Shown here: piece by piece, positions 37,263 through 48,917 of the stretch
Layout: every line of letters starts with the position of its first letter
Position numbering within the stretch: the stretch's first letter is position 1
Source: Clostridia bacterium
GTDB lineage: Bacteria; Bacillota; Clostridia; Monoglobales; Monoglobaceae
Length of the DNA: 64,000 bases
Reading direction: 5' to 3'
Assembly: GCA_045591095.1 (NCBI GenBank)
Contig: JAZNSF010000007.1
Location: 11,918-75,917 of the forward strand
Translations under genes and position numbers: made by a program
The notes under the pieces: generated by a model
The model's input: only the letters and a program-made list of their open reading frames with translations
Told to the model about the DNA's origin: nothing
Database searches by the model: none

Positions 37263-38177
37263 TTATTTTTTGTTAGCTTTTCCCTTAACAGCCGAATCTT
37301 TCCAGGTTGCCCAAACAGAACCTGCAATAAAGATTGACGAATAAGTACCAATAACAATACCGATAATAATCGGAAGTGCAAACGCCTTGATTGACGAAAC
37401 ACCCATGATATAAACCATACCGATTGTAAGAAGTGTAGTAACAGTTGTGTTGATTGAGCGACCCATGGTCTGGTTGATACTTGTATTGGCAATCTCCGAA
37501 TAGGTCTGCTTCTTTGCGTGACGTGTGTTTTCGCGGATACGGTCAAACACAACGATTGTTGCATTGATTGAGTAACCCAGCACTGTAAGAAGTGCCGCTA
37601 TGAAGTTTGTATTAATAGCAATTCTTGTGATTGAATAAATACCGCAAAGAATTAAGATATCATGAACAAGTGTAAATACTGCACAAACGCCTGATGTAAA
37701 TTCAAATCTGAATGTTACATAGATAAGGATAACAAGGGCTGCAAGGATTGACATCCATACCGCGCTTCTTGCAAGTTCCTTACCTGTAGAAGGCGAAACA
37801 ATATCCTTGTTCTTAAGCACTACTTCGCCGTACTTCTCTGTAAGGTGCTTTTCGATAGCTTCGATATTGGTGTTTGCATAATCTGCTCTTTCTTCATCGG
37901 TCTTAAGGCTATTGTCGTAACCAAACTTGATTATAACTTCACCATTTTCCGACTTTTGAACAGAAGATGCTTTTTTGTTTACACCAAGAGCTTCCGAAAC
38001 AACAGCTTCAACGTCTTTTACTTCAAATTCGCCTTTGATTTCGTATGTTACAGCCATACCACCGGCAAAATCGGTGTCAAGGTTAAATCCTTGAACAACA
38101 AGTGATACCACACTTGCAATCATCAAAACGAGAGAGATTGCAAAATAAATTTTTCTGTTTCCTAAAACGTTAATCAT
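37263..38177 (-). CDS. secF: Protein translocase subunit SecF
   Basis: SecD/SecF family TM pattern. The ATG at 38177 overlaps the secD TAA stop by 1 nt. Confidence 0.88.
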   Translation of the reverse strand: MINVLGNRKIYFAISLVLMIASVVSLVVQGFNLDTDFAGGMAVTYEIKGEFEVKDVEAVVSEALGVNKKASSVQKSENGEVIIKFGYDNSLKTDEERADYANTNIEAIEKHLTEKYGEVVLKNKDIVSPSTGKELARSAVWMSILAALVILIYVTFRFEFTSGVCAVFTLVHDILILCGIYSITRIAINTNFIAALLTVLGYSINATIVVFDRIRENTRHAKKQTYSEIANTSINQTMGRSINTTVTTLLTIGMVYIMGVSSIKAFALPIIIGIVIGTYSSIFIAGSVWATWKDSAVKGKANKK

Positions 38178-39496
38178 TAGTTTGCGCCCTCCTCTTTCTT
38201 GGTCTTTTTGAGGCCGTACAGCCAAAGATTTTTAACATTCATACCAATCATCTGCTTTAGCAGGAACTTGGTGATGAATATTGCAGAAATCATGCTGACA
38301 ACAACACCGATAAGGAGGGTTGTACCAAAGCCCTTGATTGTACCTGTACCCAGCCAGATAAGAATGATAGCTGAGAATATGGTAGTAAGGTTTGAGTCAA
38401 TGATTGAAGAAAGTGCTCTGTTAAAGCCTGCGTCAACAGCTGAGCGCACGGTTTTACCAAGGCGAAGTTCTTCTTTTATTCTTTCGAAGATAATTACGTT
38501 AGCATCAACCGCCATACCAACCGAAAGGATAATACCTGCGATACCCGGAAGTGTAAGGTTTACGTGAAGGTTAGCAAGGATAATACCTACGATTGCGATA
38601 TAAGCTGCAAGTGCTATGCTTGACAAAAATCCAGGCAAGCGATAGAAAAGAATCATAAACAGCATTACAAGTAGTAAGCCAATAAGACCTGCAATAAGTG
38701 AAGTCTTTAAAGCTGTATCGCCCAAAGTTGCACTTACTGCACGCATCTCAACCTGTGCAAGCGAGAAAGGAAGCTGACCCGAGCGGATGTTACCTGCGAG
38801 TGCTCTTGCGGTTTCTGCATCAAAGCTACCCGAGATAATACAATCTTCGCTGTCAATTCTTTCGCTTACTCTGGGAGCAGAGATAAGAAGCTCATCCATC
38901 ATGATAGCGATATAGTTGTTGCCGTCAGAAAGGCTTGCAACTCTTGCAGTTGCGTCACCAAACTTCTTTGCACCCTCAGCTGTAAGTGTAAGTGAAACAT
39001 AGTGCTGAGCTGTTCCCATCTGGTCAACTGCACCATATTCAGCAGTCGCAGTTTTTACGTCGTTTCCGTTTAAAACTTCTGTGCCCTGATAATCCACAAA
39101 CTTAAGCTGAGCAGTTGCGCCAAGGCGCTCTGCTGCCTTTTCGGGATCCGAAATGGACGGAATTTCAATTCTTACCTTTTTTGTACCCTGTCTTGTAACA
39201 ACGGCTTCGGTGTAACCAAGACCATCCAGACGGGTAACCATCATGTTTGCAACTGTATTCATTTGTTCGTCTGACGGGTCATCAACTTGTGCTTCGAAAA
39301 CAATTACCGAACCACCCTTAAGGTCAAGGCCCTGAACAACGCCGTCTGGGTCCAAGATACCGGGGAATCTCACTTCTTCGGTAAAATCAAGTCCGTACAG
39401 TGCAACAAACAGAAGTGCTGCGATTACAGCGATTATTGCCGTAAATTTAATAATACTTCTTGACACTGTTTTTTCCTCCTTTGTGTCTTGTCTCAA
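38177..39496 (-). CDS. secD: Protein translocase subunit SecD
   Basis: Large periplasmic-type loop plus six TM helices. It is adjacent to secF and yajC. Confidence 0.9.
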   Translation of the reverse strand: MRQDTKEEKTVSRSIIKFTAIIAVIAALLFVALYGLDFTEEVRFPGILDPDGVVQGLDLKGGSVIVFEAQVDDPSDEQMNTVANMMVTRLDGLGYTEAVVTRQGTKKVRIEIPSISDPEKAAERLGATAQLKFVDYQGTEVLNGNDVKTATAEYGAVDQMGTAQHYVSLTLTAEGAKKFGDATARVASLSDGNNYIAIMMDELLISAPRVSERIDSEDCIISGSFDAETARALAGNIRSGQLPFSLAQVEMRAVSATLGDTALKTSLIAGLIGLLLVMLFMILFYRLPGFLSSIALAAYIAIVGIILANLHVNLTLPGIAGIILSVGMAVDANVIIFERIKEELRLGKTVRSAVDAGFNRALSSIIDSNLTTIFSAIILIWLGTGTIKGFGTTLLIGVVVSMISAIFITKFLLKQMIGMNVKNLWLYGLKKTKKEEGAN

Positions 39497-39560
39497 AATT
39501 TTTAAGACTTGTTTTTATGTGTTTTTAATTACTTTCAAAATAAGTAAAGCATACTGATTT

Positions 39561-39589
39561 ATTATACATATTTTTTAAAAAATAGTCAA
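39561..39589 (-). promoter_or_regulatory. Candidate secDF promoter
   Basis: On the minus strand: TTGACT, 17 nt, TATAAT. Confidence 0.6.
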
Positions 39590-39619
39590 GGGTTTAAGGC
39601 AAAGTTTTTAAATCGAAAT

Positions 39620-40039
39620 TTATCGTCTTCGGGTGCGTTTTGTGTTTATTCCGGCTATGCCTCCCACCGCTCCGCACAAAACTCCGATTAAAAGCGCTGT
39701 CAAAAAAGATATTCCAAAATTGAGGCGTCCTGACACAATATTTCCGACAACGCACAAAATCACGGTGTATATAACGCCACAGCCTGCACCAAACAAAAGG
39801 CCTTTCCCCGAAAAATGCCTGCCTGCCGAAAACCCGGCAAAAATTGTCCCTAACGCCGTAACGACATTTGCCAAAATAGAAATACCGGTATTTGACATCG
39901 AATTAAATGTCGCAAGTATAGCCGCCAGAAACAAAAGTACCAAAGATACTATGTACGAAAGCGCAACCGTCTTAAGCATAAACAAAGCACCCGACGAAAA
40001 ACTGTCGCCGGAAGCCGATGTCTGATTTGATTTTAACAA
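39620..40039 (-). CDS. Small polytopic membrane protein. It resembles the small membrane proteins found beside yajC/secDF in Clostridia (possibly TIGR04086-type, unverified)
   Basis: Four hydrophobic segments and a basic tail KRTRRR. I prefer the TTG start at 40039, 7 nt after AGAGGGGG. Confidence 0.5.
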   Translation of the reverse strand: MLKSNQTSASGDSFSSGALFMLKTVALSYIVSLVLLFLAAILATFNSMSNTGISILANVVTALGTIFAGFSAGRHFSGKGLLFGAGCGVIYTVILCVVGNIVSGRLNFGISFLTALLIGVLCGAVGGIAGINTKRTRRR

Positions 40040-40044
40040 AAAAA

Positions 40045-40100
40045 TACCCCCTCTTTTTATTTTACCTCTTTGGGTAAATATATGAAAAGAGAGGGGGGTA
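40045..40100 (-). terminator. Terminator-like hairpin between yajC and the downstream membrane-protein gene; its 3' arm contains that gene's SD
   Basis: Minus-strand arms UACCCCCCUCUCUUUU and AAAAAGAGGGGGUA form about 14 bp with one bulge and a 26-nt loop. A U7 run follows and reaches the TTG start. Confidence 0.5.
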
Positions 40101-40118
40101 TATTCCAAAGTTAAAGGC

Positions 40119-40514
40119 TTATTCTTCCTCTTTGGGTGTTTCGCCAGGGATTGGGGTAGGAGTAATTTTCTCCTCTTCGCCGCGCTTTAAGAAACGGCTA
40201 ACCGCACTGCGGTCCACTGTGATAAAAGACTTATTTTGGCCAATTCCTGATTCAAGAACGAACAAATCGTCTTTGATTCTTACAATCTTTCCATGAATAC
40301 CGCCAACAGTTGCAACCTCGTCGTTTACCTTTAAGGATGCAAGCATATTCTTAAGTTCCTTTTCCTTTTTCTTCTGTGGTCTTATAAGAATGAAGTAGAA
40401 TACAAGAATCATTAATATAAGCGGGAAGAATGAGCTTAAAAGAGCAGCAGGGCCTCCTACCTGAGCTGCTGCAGCAGCCGGTTCTGCATAAGCTGTCATA
40501 AACAATGAAAACAT
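40119..40514 (-). CDS. yajC: Preprotein translocase subunit YajC
   Basis: Single TM helix followed by IRPQKKKEKE...GGIHGKIV. Confidence 0.88.
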   Translation of the reverse strand: MFSLFMTAYAEPAAAAAQVGGPAALLSSFFPLILMILVFYFILIRPQKKKEKELKNMLASLKVNDEVATVGGIHGKIVRIKDDLFVLESGIGQNKSFITVDRSAVSRFLKRGEEEKITPTPIPGETPKEEE

Positions 40515-40606
40515 CTCTGTTTACCTCCTAAGTAAAATATATTTTTAATGATTATACCCTTTATTTTCCACTTTTGCAAGCGGAATTTCAAATATTTACA
40601 AATTTT

Positions 40607-42782
<2,176 letters not shown>

Positions 42783-42803
42783 TTTAGCTTTTACCTTTCA
42801 GTA

Positions 42804-44408
42804 TTAATATGCTTTTTCTAAGTAAGTTCCGGTATAATAATGCGTCAAAATCTCGTCATAAGTAAACCCTGCCACAGCCATTCCTTTAGCGCCGTATTGG
42901 CTGAGTCCCACGCCGTGACCCCAACCCTCGCCGCTAAAGGTAAAGGTATCTTTGTTGCCTTCGGTTGTTTTTGCATTATATTCCTTTTTTGTTTTGCCGT
43001 CATAAGCTGTGGCTTTCTGGTCTATATTGGTGGTCTTTCCATCTCGTCCAAGGACTACTGCCTTTTCAAGCGAAACTGATTTTTGGGTTTTGCCACTTGC
43101 TACGTTTATTGTTGGATAAACAGTCATACCACCTGTGGTTACCGTATACCTTTGGCTGTAGGTCGCCTCACTGAATATCGTGCGGCAGCTTTCTCTTTCG
43201 AAAGTCTTACTTCCATTTGTTCCGCTGACCTTAAGTTTAAGAACTCCGCCTGCCTTGGTGCGTTCCAGCACTGTTATATCGGTTACATTTCCAACGTCAT
43301 AGCCACGGGCTTTCATAATTTCTGTCGCACGAGTCTTAGTCAGTGTTTTGGTCCATTTCCCGTTATATATATTTTCGGTATCTTCGTAAGGGTTTTCGAC
43401 ACTTACAAGATACGGATACGTCGAGCCCCAGACGTTTTTTACGTCCTCGGTCCTTGCGCCCATGGATGACGAATACACTGCCTGAACAAGTGTATCGTCG
43501 TAAAATAATAGCTCGCCCCTCGTTTCGTCAACCGCCGTGTGAACACTTGGCGAATTATCAGCCGTTGTCGCATATGCCTGACAGCACACAGTACGACAAA
43601 CATCAAAACCGTATTTTTTGTGGTAGTTTATTCTGCCAAGAGCAAAGTTTCTTGCACATACCGCCTGCGCTTTAAGCGCTTCTACCTCCCACGAGGGTGA
43701 CATCTCACGGCAAACCACGCTGTAAAGATAGTCTTCTACAGGGATAACATTTACCACTGTCATACTTTCACCGTCTAAGGATTTACATTCAAAACCACCA
43801 CGATAAGTACCTTTTGCACTTCCTGAAATAGTTATAATCCCTTCATTTTCAGTGTAGTCTTTTCTGTAAATTCCAAGACCATTGGTTAAGTCGTCAAGAA
43901 TAAACACTATTTTGCCTTTATCATCTTTAACCATCAGGCTTTTTGAGCTTACTTCAATCGGCATACCTTGTGGCGAAGTATTTTCGGTTGTATCAGAGGT
44001 TTCGGTCTTTGCCTCAACACTTTCCCCAAGCACGTGATATACCGAATCGATATATCCTATAAATACTTCTGTTCCACTACTCTTAAATTCTTCCGCTTTA
44101 ATTACAGCCTCTTCTGCTGTCACACAAGTTGAATATGACACATAACAGGTAGGCACGCCCTCAGTTTTGTCCATCTCAACCGTAAGTGTACTGCTGTCAC
44201 TAAAAGCTACACTTTCAAGCATTCTATTCAAAACAACCCCAACTGAAAAACCACTGTCCGAGCTTAAGGTAAGGCTTTTCACTGTCGCGGCATCATAATA
44301 TATGCCCACCCTTAAAGTATCGGCATATTCTGCCGCAAAGCCTGTTGACACCAGAAGCGCATTAAATAGTATTGACAACGTTATAAGTACTTTTAATAAT
44401 TTTCTCAT
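42804..44408 (-). CDS. SpoIID/LytB-domain protein with a long N-terminal extension
   Basis: Signal peptide from the M at 44408 (MRKLLKVLITLSILF). The C-terminal half has a SpoIID-like amidase-enhancer pattern (GHGVGLSQYGA). Confidence 0.75.
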   Translation of the reverse strand: MRKLLKVLITLSILFNALLVSTGFAAEYADTLRVGIYYDAATVKSLTLSSDSGFSVGVVLNRMLESVAFSDSSTLTVEMDKTEGVPTCYVSYSTCVTAEEAVIKAEEFKSSGTEVFIGYIDSVYHVLGESVEAKTETSDTTENTSPQGMPIEVSSKSLMVKDDKGKIVFILDDLTNGLGIYRKDYTENEGIITISGSAKGTYRGGFECKSLDGESMTVVNVIPVEDYLYSVVCREMSPSWEVEALKAQAVCARNFALGRINYHKKYGFDVCRTVCCQAYATTADNSPSVHTAVDETRGELLFYDDTLVQAVYSSSMGARTEDVKNVWGSTYPYLVSVENPYEDTENIYNGKWTKTLTKTRATEIMKARGYDVGNVTDITVLERTKAGGVLKLKVSGTNGSKTFERESCRTIFSEATYSQRYTVTTGGMTVYPTINVASGKTQKSVSLEKAVVLGRDGKTTNIDQKATAYDGKTKKEYNAKTTEGNKDTFTFSGEGWGHGVGLSQYGAKGMAVAGFTYDEILTHYYTGTYLEKAY

Positions 44409-44524
44409 ATAAAAACATACCCCTTGGTATTTCATATTCTCTATCTTGTAAAATTCGACAAAAAATACCTAAAATCCTTTGAATAATTATTAAAATTGTG
44501 TTACAAAAAAATAATTGACAACAG

Positions 44525-44553
44525 GACCTATATATCATATAATAATTAGATAA
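44525..44553 (+). promoter_or_regulatory. Consensus sigma-A promoter of asd-dapB
   Basis: TTGACA, 17 nt, TATAAT. The leader is only about 20 nt. Confidence 0.7.
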
Positions 44554-44579
44554 TATAGATTTTAGGAGGAACACTGAAA

Positions 44580-45659
44580 ATGAAGACATTTAACGTAGGT
44601 ATTATTGGCGCTACGGGTATGGTAGGGCAGAGATTTATCTCGCTTCTTTCCAACCATCCGTGGTTTAATATAGCTTTGCTTGCCGCATCACCAAGAAGTG
44701 CGGGCAAAAAATACACCGAGGCTGTTGGCACTCGCTGGGCAATGAAGACAGAAATCCCCGAAAAGGTAAAAGATATGGTGCTTTTTGACGCTACAGCTGA
44801 CATTGAAGAGATTGCATCAAAGGTTGACTTTGTTTTCTGTGCGGTTGATATGAAGAAGGACGAAATCCGCGCCCTTGAAGAAGCTTACGCAAAGGCAGAA
44901 TGTCCTGTTATTTCAAATAACTCAGCTCACAGACATACCGAGGACGTTCCTATGATAATCCCCGAAATCAACCCCGACCACGCCGAAATTATTGAAGCTC
45001 AGAAAAAGCGTCTTGGCACAAAGAGAGGTTTCGTTGCAGTTAAGTCAAACTGCTCACTACAAAGCTATGTTCCGGCTCTCCATCCACTTATGAGTTTTGG
45101 AATTAAGAACGTTCTCGCTTGTACTTATCAGGCAATCTCGGGCGCAGGTAAGACCTTTGAAACATGGCCCGAGATGATTGACAATGTTATCCCATTCATC
45201 GGCGGAGAAGAAGAAAAGAGCGAGGTTGAACCGCTTAAGATTTGGGGCAAAATCGATGGTGACAAAATCGTTGATGCCAAAGGCCCTTCAATCACCACTC
45301 AGTGTCTTCGTGTTCCGGTTTCGGACGGTCACACAGCCGCAGTTTTTGTAAGTTTTGACAAAAAGCCATCAATTGACGAAATTAAGGCTGCATGGAAGAA
45401 TTTCAGCGGGGCACCGCAACAGCTTGACCTTCCTTCTGCTCCCAAGCAGTTCCTCAATTATTTCGAAGAAGACAATCGTCCTCAGGCAAAGCTTGACCGC
45501 GATATGGAAGGCGGAATGGCAGTTTCTATCGGTCGTCTTCGTGAAGACAAACAATACGACTACAAATTTGTTTGCCTTTCACACAACACACTCCGCGGTG
45601 CTGCCGGCGGCGCTGTTTTGATGGCAGAACTTCTTGCTGCAAAAGGATATCTTGACTAA
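44580..45659 (+). CDS. asd: Aspartate-semialdehyde dehydrogenase
   Basis: VGIIGATGMVGQ N-terminus and an active-site region around SNCS. Confidence 0.92.
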   Translation: MKTFNVGIIGATGMVGQRFISLLSNHPWFNIALLAASPRSAGKKYTEAVGTRWAMKTEIPEKVKDMVLFDATADIEEIASKVDFVFCAVDMKKDEIRALEEAYAKAECPVISNNSAHRHTEDVPMIIPEINPDHAEIIEAQKKRLGTKRGFVAVKSNCSLQSYVPALHPLMSFGIKNVLACTYQAISGAGKTFETWPEMIDNVIPFIGGEEEKSEVEPLKIWGKIDGDKIVDAKGPSITTQCLRVPVSDGHTAAVFVSFDKKPSIDEIKAAWKNFSGAPQQLDLPSAPKQFLNYFEEDNRPQAKLDRDMEGGMAVSIGRLREDKQYDYKFVCLSHNTLRGAAGGAVLMAELLAAKGYLD

Positions 45660-45722
45660 GCATTTTACTTTACGGCAGGGCGAAAGCCTTGCCGTATTTA
45701 AAAATTTAAGGAGTGAATTCAA

Positions 45723-46478
45723 ATGATAAATATACTCTTATGCGGTGCAAATGGCAAAATGGGTAACGCAGTAAGACGTGTTGCAGAAGAAAATAATCTC
45801 GTGTCCATTGCATGCGGCTTTGATATCAATACCGAAAGTACGGACTTTCCCATTTATGATGATTTAAGCAAAGTAACCGAAAAAATCGACTGCATTATTG
45901 ACTTTTCGCATCCGTCATTGACTGACGCAGTTTTAGACTTTGCAAGAGCAAAAAAAGTCCCGGCGATTATTTGTACCACCGGTCTTTCCAAAGACCAGAT
46001 TTCAAAAATCGAGTTTTATTCAAAGGATACTCCCTTATTCTTCTCAGCAAATATGTCAATCGGTGTCAATCTTATAATTGACCTTGTTTGCAAAGCTTCA
46101 AGAGTTTTAGAAAGTAACTTTGATATCGAAATAATCGAAAAGCATCACAACCAGAAGCTTGATGCACCCAGCGGCACAGCCCTTGCGATTGCTGATGCAA
46201 TTTCGGACACTGTAAGCTTTAATCCCAAATATATGTTTGACCGCCATTCAGTAAGGCAAAAGCGTGACAAATCCGAAATCGGCATCCACGCAGTTCGTGG
46301 CGGAAACATCGTGGGCGAGCACAGCGTTATTTTTGCAGGAAACGACGAGGTTATTGAAGTCAAGCACTCGGCGACTTCAAAAGAGGTTTTTGCCGTTGGC
46401 GCGGTCCGTGCTGCAATCTTTATGCAAGGTAAGCCCGAAGGTCTTTATACTATGTCTGACTTAGTTAAGGAGTATTAA
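45723..46478 (+). CDS. dapB: 4-hydroxy-tetrahydrodipicolinate reductase
   Basis: E.HH..K.DAPSGTA signature (EKHHNQKLDAPSGTA). Confidence 0.92.
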   Translation: MINILLCGANGKMGNAVRRVAEENNLVSIACGFDINTESTDFPIYDDLSKVTEKIDCIIDFSHPSLTDAVLDFARAKKVPAIICTTGLSKDQISKIEFYSKDTPLFFSANMSIGVNLIIDLVCKASRVLESNFDIEIIEKHHNQKLDAPSGTALAIADAISDTVSFNPKYMFDRHSVRQKRDKSEIGIHAVRGGNIVGEHSVIFAGNDEVIEVKHSATSKEVFAVGAVRAAIFMQGKPEGLYTMSDLVKEY

Positions 46479-46480
46479 TT

Positions 46481-46981
46481 ATGAAAATCAAAAAAATGGT
46501 CATATCTGCTCTTTTTGCGGCTATTACCCTTATTGCGACTATGGTTATCACAATCCCCTCAAGCACGGGGTATATACATATGGGTGATGCTGTAGTTTTG
46601 CTTTCGGCATACTTTCTGGGACCCATAAACGGCGCTGTTGCCGCGGGCCTTGGCTCGGCGCTTGCGGATATTTTAGGCGGCTACACGGTTTTTGCAATTC
46701 CTACGCTTATCATCAAAGCGCTTGTCGCTTTTACCTCAGGGTATTTGTACCAAAAGTCCAAAACCCACCAATTTTGTAAAGTTCTTCTTTTTGGTTTAGT
46801 CGGCGAAATTTTTATGGTGGTTGGATACTTTATTGTCGAAATCCTTTTATCAGGAAGTATCACTGCTGCGGCAGTTGGTATTTACGGCAGCTTGATTCAA
46901 GCAGTTTTCGGCATAGCGGTTTCCGCAACAATTTATAATTCATTAAAAGCAAATGCTGTAATCAAAAAATATTTAAAATAA
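46481..46981 (+). CDS. ECF-transporter S component-like membrane protein, substrate unknown
   Basis: 166 aa with 5-6 TM helices and a glycine-rich helix pattern typical of ECF S units. It starts 2 nt after the dapB stop. Confidence 0.6.
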   Translation: MKIKKMVISALFAAITLIATMVITIPSSTGYIHMGDAVVLLSAYFLGPINGAVAAGLGSALADILGGYTVFAIPTLIIKALVAFTSGYLYQKSKTHQFCKVLLFGLVGEIFMVVGYFIVEILLSGSITAAAVGIYGSLIQAVFGIAVSATIYNSLKANAVIKKYLK

Positions 46982-47032
46982 AAAAGGCTGCAGATAATTA
47001 AAGTAGTCAATACTTTAGGAACTTTGTTAGAA

Positions 47033-47060
47033 AAAAGTCAATTTATTGACTTTTTTCTAT
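47033..47060 (+). terminator. Intrinsic terminator after the ECF S gene
   Basis: AGTCAA-TTTA-TTGACT hairpin extended by A/T pairs, then a T-run. Confidence 0.65.
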
Positions 47061-47107
47061 TTTTATGCAATAATTACAGTAATTAACTATATCCTGAGGA
47101 GGTTTTT

Positions 47108-48796
47108 ATGAAAAAATCAACCATTATCAAACTAATTGTCGTTATTCTTGCGATTGTTGCAGTTATCTTTAGTGCAGTCAATGTAAGAACCAACATAACA
47201 GCTATTGACTGTTCTTCCTGCGAAGGCACCGGTCTTGTGGCAGAGTTTGCTTGCGGTAACTGCGAGGGGAGTGGCAAAATTCCGGTAGAAAGCAATTACT
47301 ATGCGACCTACGTATCACTTTTGTCGCCGATTCTCGCAATTATCCTTGCACTTCTTACAAAAGAAGTTTATTCATCGCTGTTTATCGGTATTGTTCTTGC
47401 CGGTCTGTTTTCAGCAAACTTTAATCCGGTTTCGGCAATGGACAACGTTTTAGGGGCCGGCCTTATAGAAGCAGTTTCGGGCACTGCCGGAATTTTTGTT
47501 TTCCTTGTAGTACTTGGTATACTTGTTGCCCTTATAAACAAAGCGGGTGGCAGTGCTGCATTTGGTGCATGGGCCGAGAAAAACATAAAAAGCCGTACCG
47601 GTGCAATGTTTGCAACATTCATCTTAGGTGTGCTTATCTTCATTGACGACTACTTCAACTGTCTTACAGTTGGTTCAGTTATGAAGCCGGTGTGCGACCG
47701 TCACAAGATTTCAAGAGCAAAGCTTGCGTACCTTATTGACGCGACTGCTGCTCCGATTTGTATGATTGCTCCTATTTCTTCATGGGCGGCAGCTGTTGCA
47801 AGCTACGCTCCAGAAGGCGAAGGAATTGCACTATTTATTAAAGCTATACCATATAACTTCTATTCACTCCTCACATTTGTATTTATTATTGTGATGTGCA
47901 TTAAGAAAATGGACTTTGGTCCAATGAAGTTACACGAACTGAATGCAATTCAGCATGGTGACCTTTATACATCCGGCGAAAGAGTTGACGAAGATGAAGA
48001 CCAGACTGTTTTCGCAAATGGCAAGGTAATTGACCTTGTTTTACCTATACTCTCCTTAATAGTAGCCTGCGTACTTGCACTTATCTATGTGGGCGGATTC
48101 TTCTCGGGTGAAAATTTTGTAAATGCATTTGCAAACACAGATGCCACCGTTGGTCTTCCCTGGGGCGCAATTGTAGCTCTTGTTTTCACAATAATCTACT
48201 TTATGCTCCGTAAAATCATCACCTTTAAAGAAGCAATGGAATGTGTACCTAAAGGATTTGTAGCAATGGTTCCCGCAATACTGATTTTGACTTTTGCTAC
48301 AGCACTAAAGAACGTAAATGGTCTTTTAGGATATGCAACATATGTCGAAAACATCCTTTCTGGCGCTAAATCCCTTGCAAACCTACTTCCTGCTGTTATA
48401 TTTGTAGTGGGCTGCATTCTATCCTTTGCAACAGGCACTTCGTGGGGTACTTTTGGAATTCTTATTCCTATCGTTACGGTTATCTTCGAGCCGGACGATC
48501 CGCTTCTTATAATCGGTATGTCCGCTTGTCTTGCAGGTGCTGTTTGTGGTGACCACTGTTCACCAATTTCTGATACAACTATTATGTCATCAGCAGGTGC
48601 ACAATGTAACCACCTCAATCACGTATCGACACAGCTACCTTATACAATCACAGTTGCAGCTGTATCGTTTGTATCATACATAATCACCGGCTTTATCCAG
48701 GATTGGCGAATTGCCCTTCCTATCGGTTGCGTTCTTATGGTTGTGACAATGTTTGTAATTGACGCGGTTTCTAAGAAAAAAACTTTGAATAACTAG
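47108..48796 (+). CDS. NhaC-family Na+/H+ antiporter-like transporter with an N-terminal TM anchor plus a CxxCxGxG x2 zinc-finger add-on
   Basis: The core from about residue 65 onward (LSPILAIILALLTKEV...) is NhaC-like. Residues 35-57 read CSSCEGTG...CGNCEGSG. Confidence 0.8.
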   Translation: MKKSTIIKLIVVILAIVAVIFSAVNVRTNITAIDCSSCEGTGLVAEFACGNCEGSGKIPVESNYYATYVSLLSPILAIILALLTKEVYSSLFIGIVLAGLFSANFNPVSAMDNVLGAGLIEAVSGTAGIFVFLVVLGILVALINKAGGSAAFGAWAEKNIKSRTGAMFATFILGVLIFIDDYFNCLTVGSVMKPVCDRHKISRAKLAYLIDATAAPICMIAPISSWAAAVASYAPEGEGIALFIKAIPYNFYSLLTFVFIIVMCIKKMDFGPMKLHELNAIQHGDLYTSGERVDEDEDQTVFANGKVIDLVLPILSLIVACVLALIYVGGFFSGENFVNAFANTDATVGLPWGAIVALVFTIIYFMLRKIITFKEAMECVPKGFVAMVPAILILTFATALKNVNGLLGYATYVENILSGAKSLANLLPAVIFVVGCILSFATGTSWGTFGILIPIVTVIFEPDDPLLIIGMSACLAGAVCGDHCSPISDTTIMSSAGAQCNHLNHVSTQLPYTITVAAVSFVSYIITGFIQDWRIALPIGCVLMVVTMFVIDAVSKKKTLNN

Positions 48797-48812
48797 TTTG
48801 TTAACAAAAATA

Positions 48813-48910
48813 ACGGCTGCAGTAAATGCAGCCGTCAGACTACTGACAAACCCACCATTTTTAGGTGGGTTTGTCAGTAGTCTGAACGGAGCTTTAAAAG
48901 CTCCGTTTTT
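48813..48910. terminator. Three consecutive hairpins between the convergent transporter and ddh genes
   Basis: First, 9-bp ACGGCTGCA/TGCAGCCGT (48813-48835). Second, a 21-bp perfect stem at 48836-48856 / 48864-48884. Third, 10-bp AACGGAGCTT/AAGCTCCGTT (48885-48907) plus a T-run. Confidence 0.7.
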
Positions 48911-48917
48911 CCATTTA

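Noticed and set aside
44436-44579. Lysine riboswitch or asd RNA motif upstream of asd
   Set aside because: The consensus promoter at 44525-44553 leaves a leader of about 20 nt. The upstream AT-rich sequence has no L-box-like helices.
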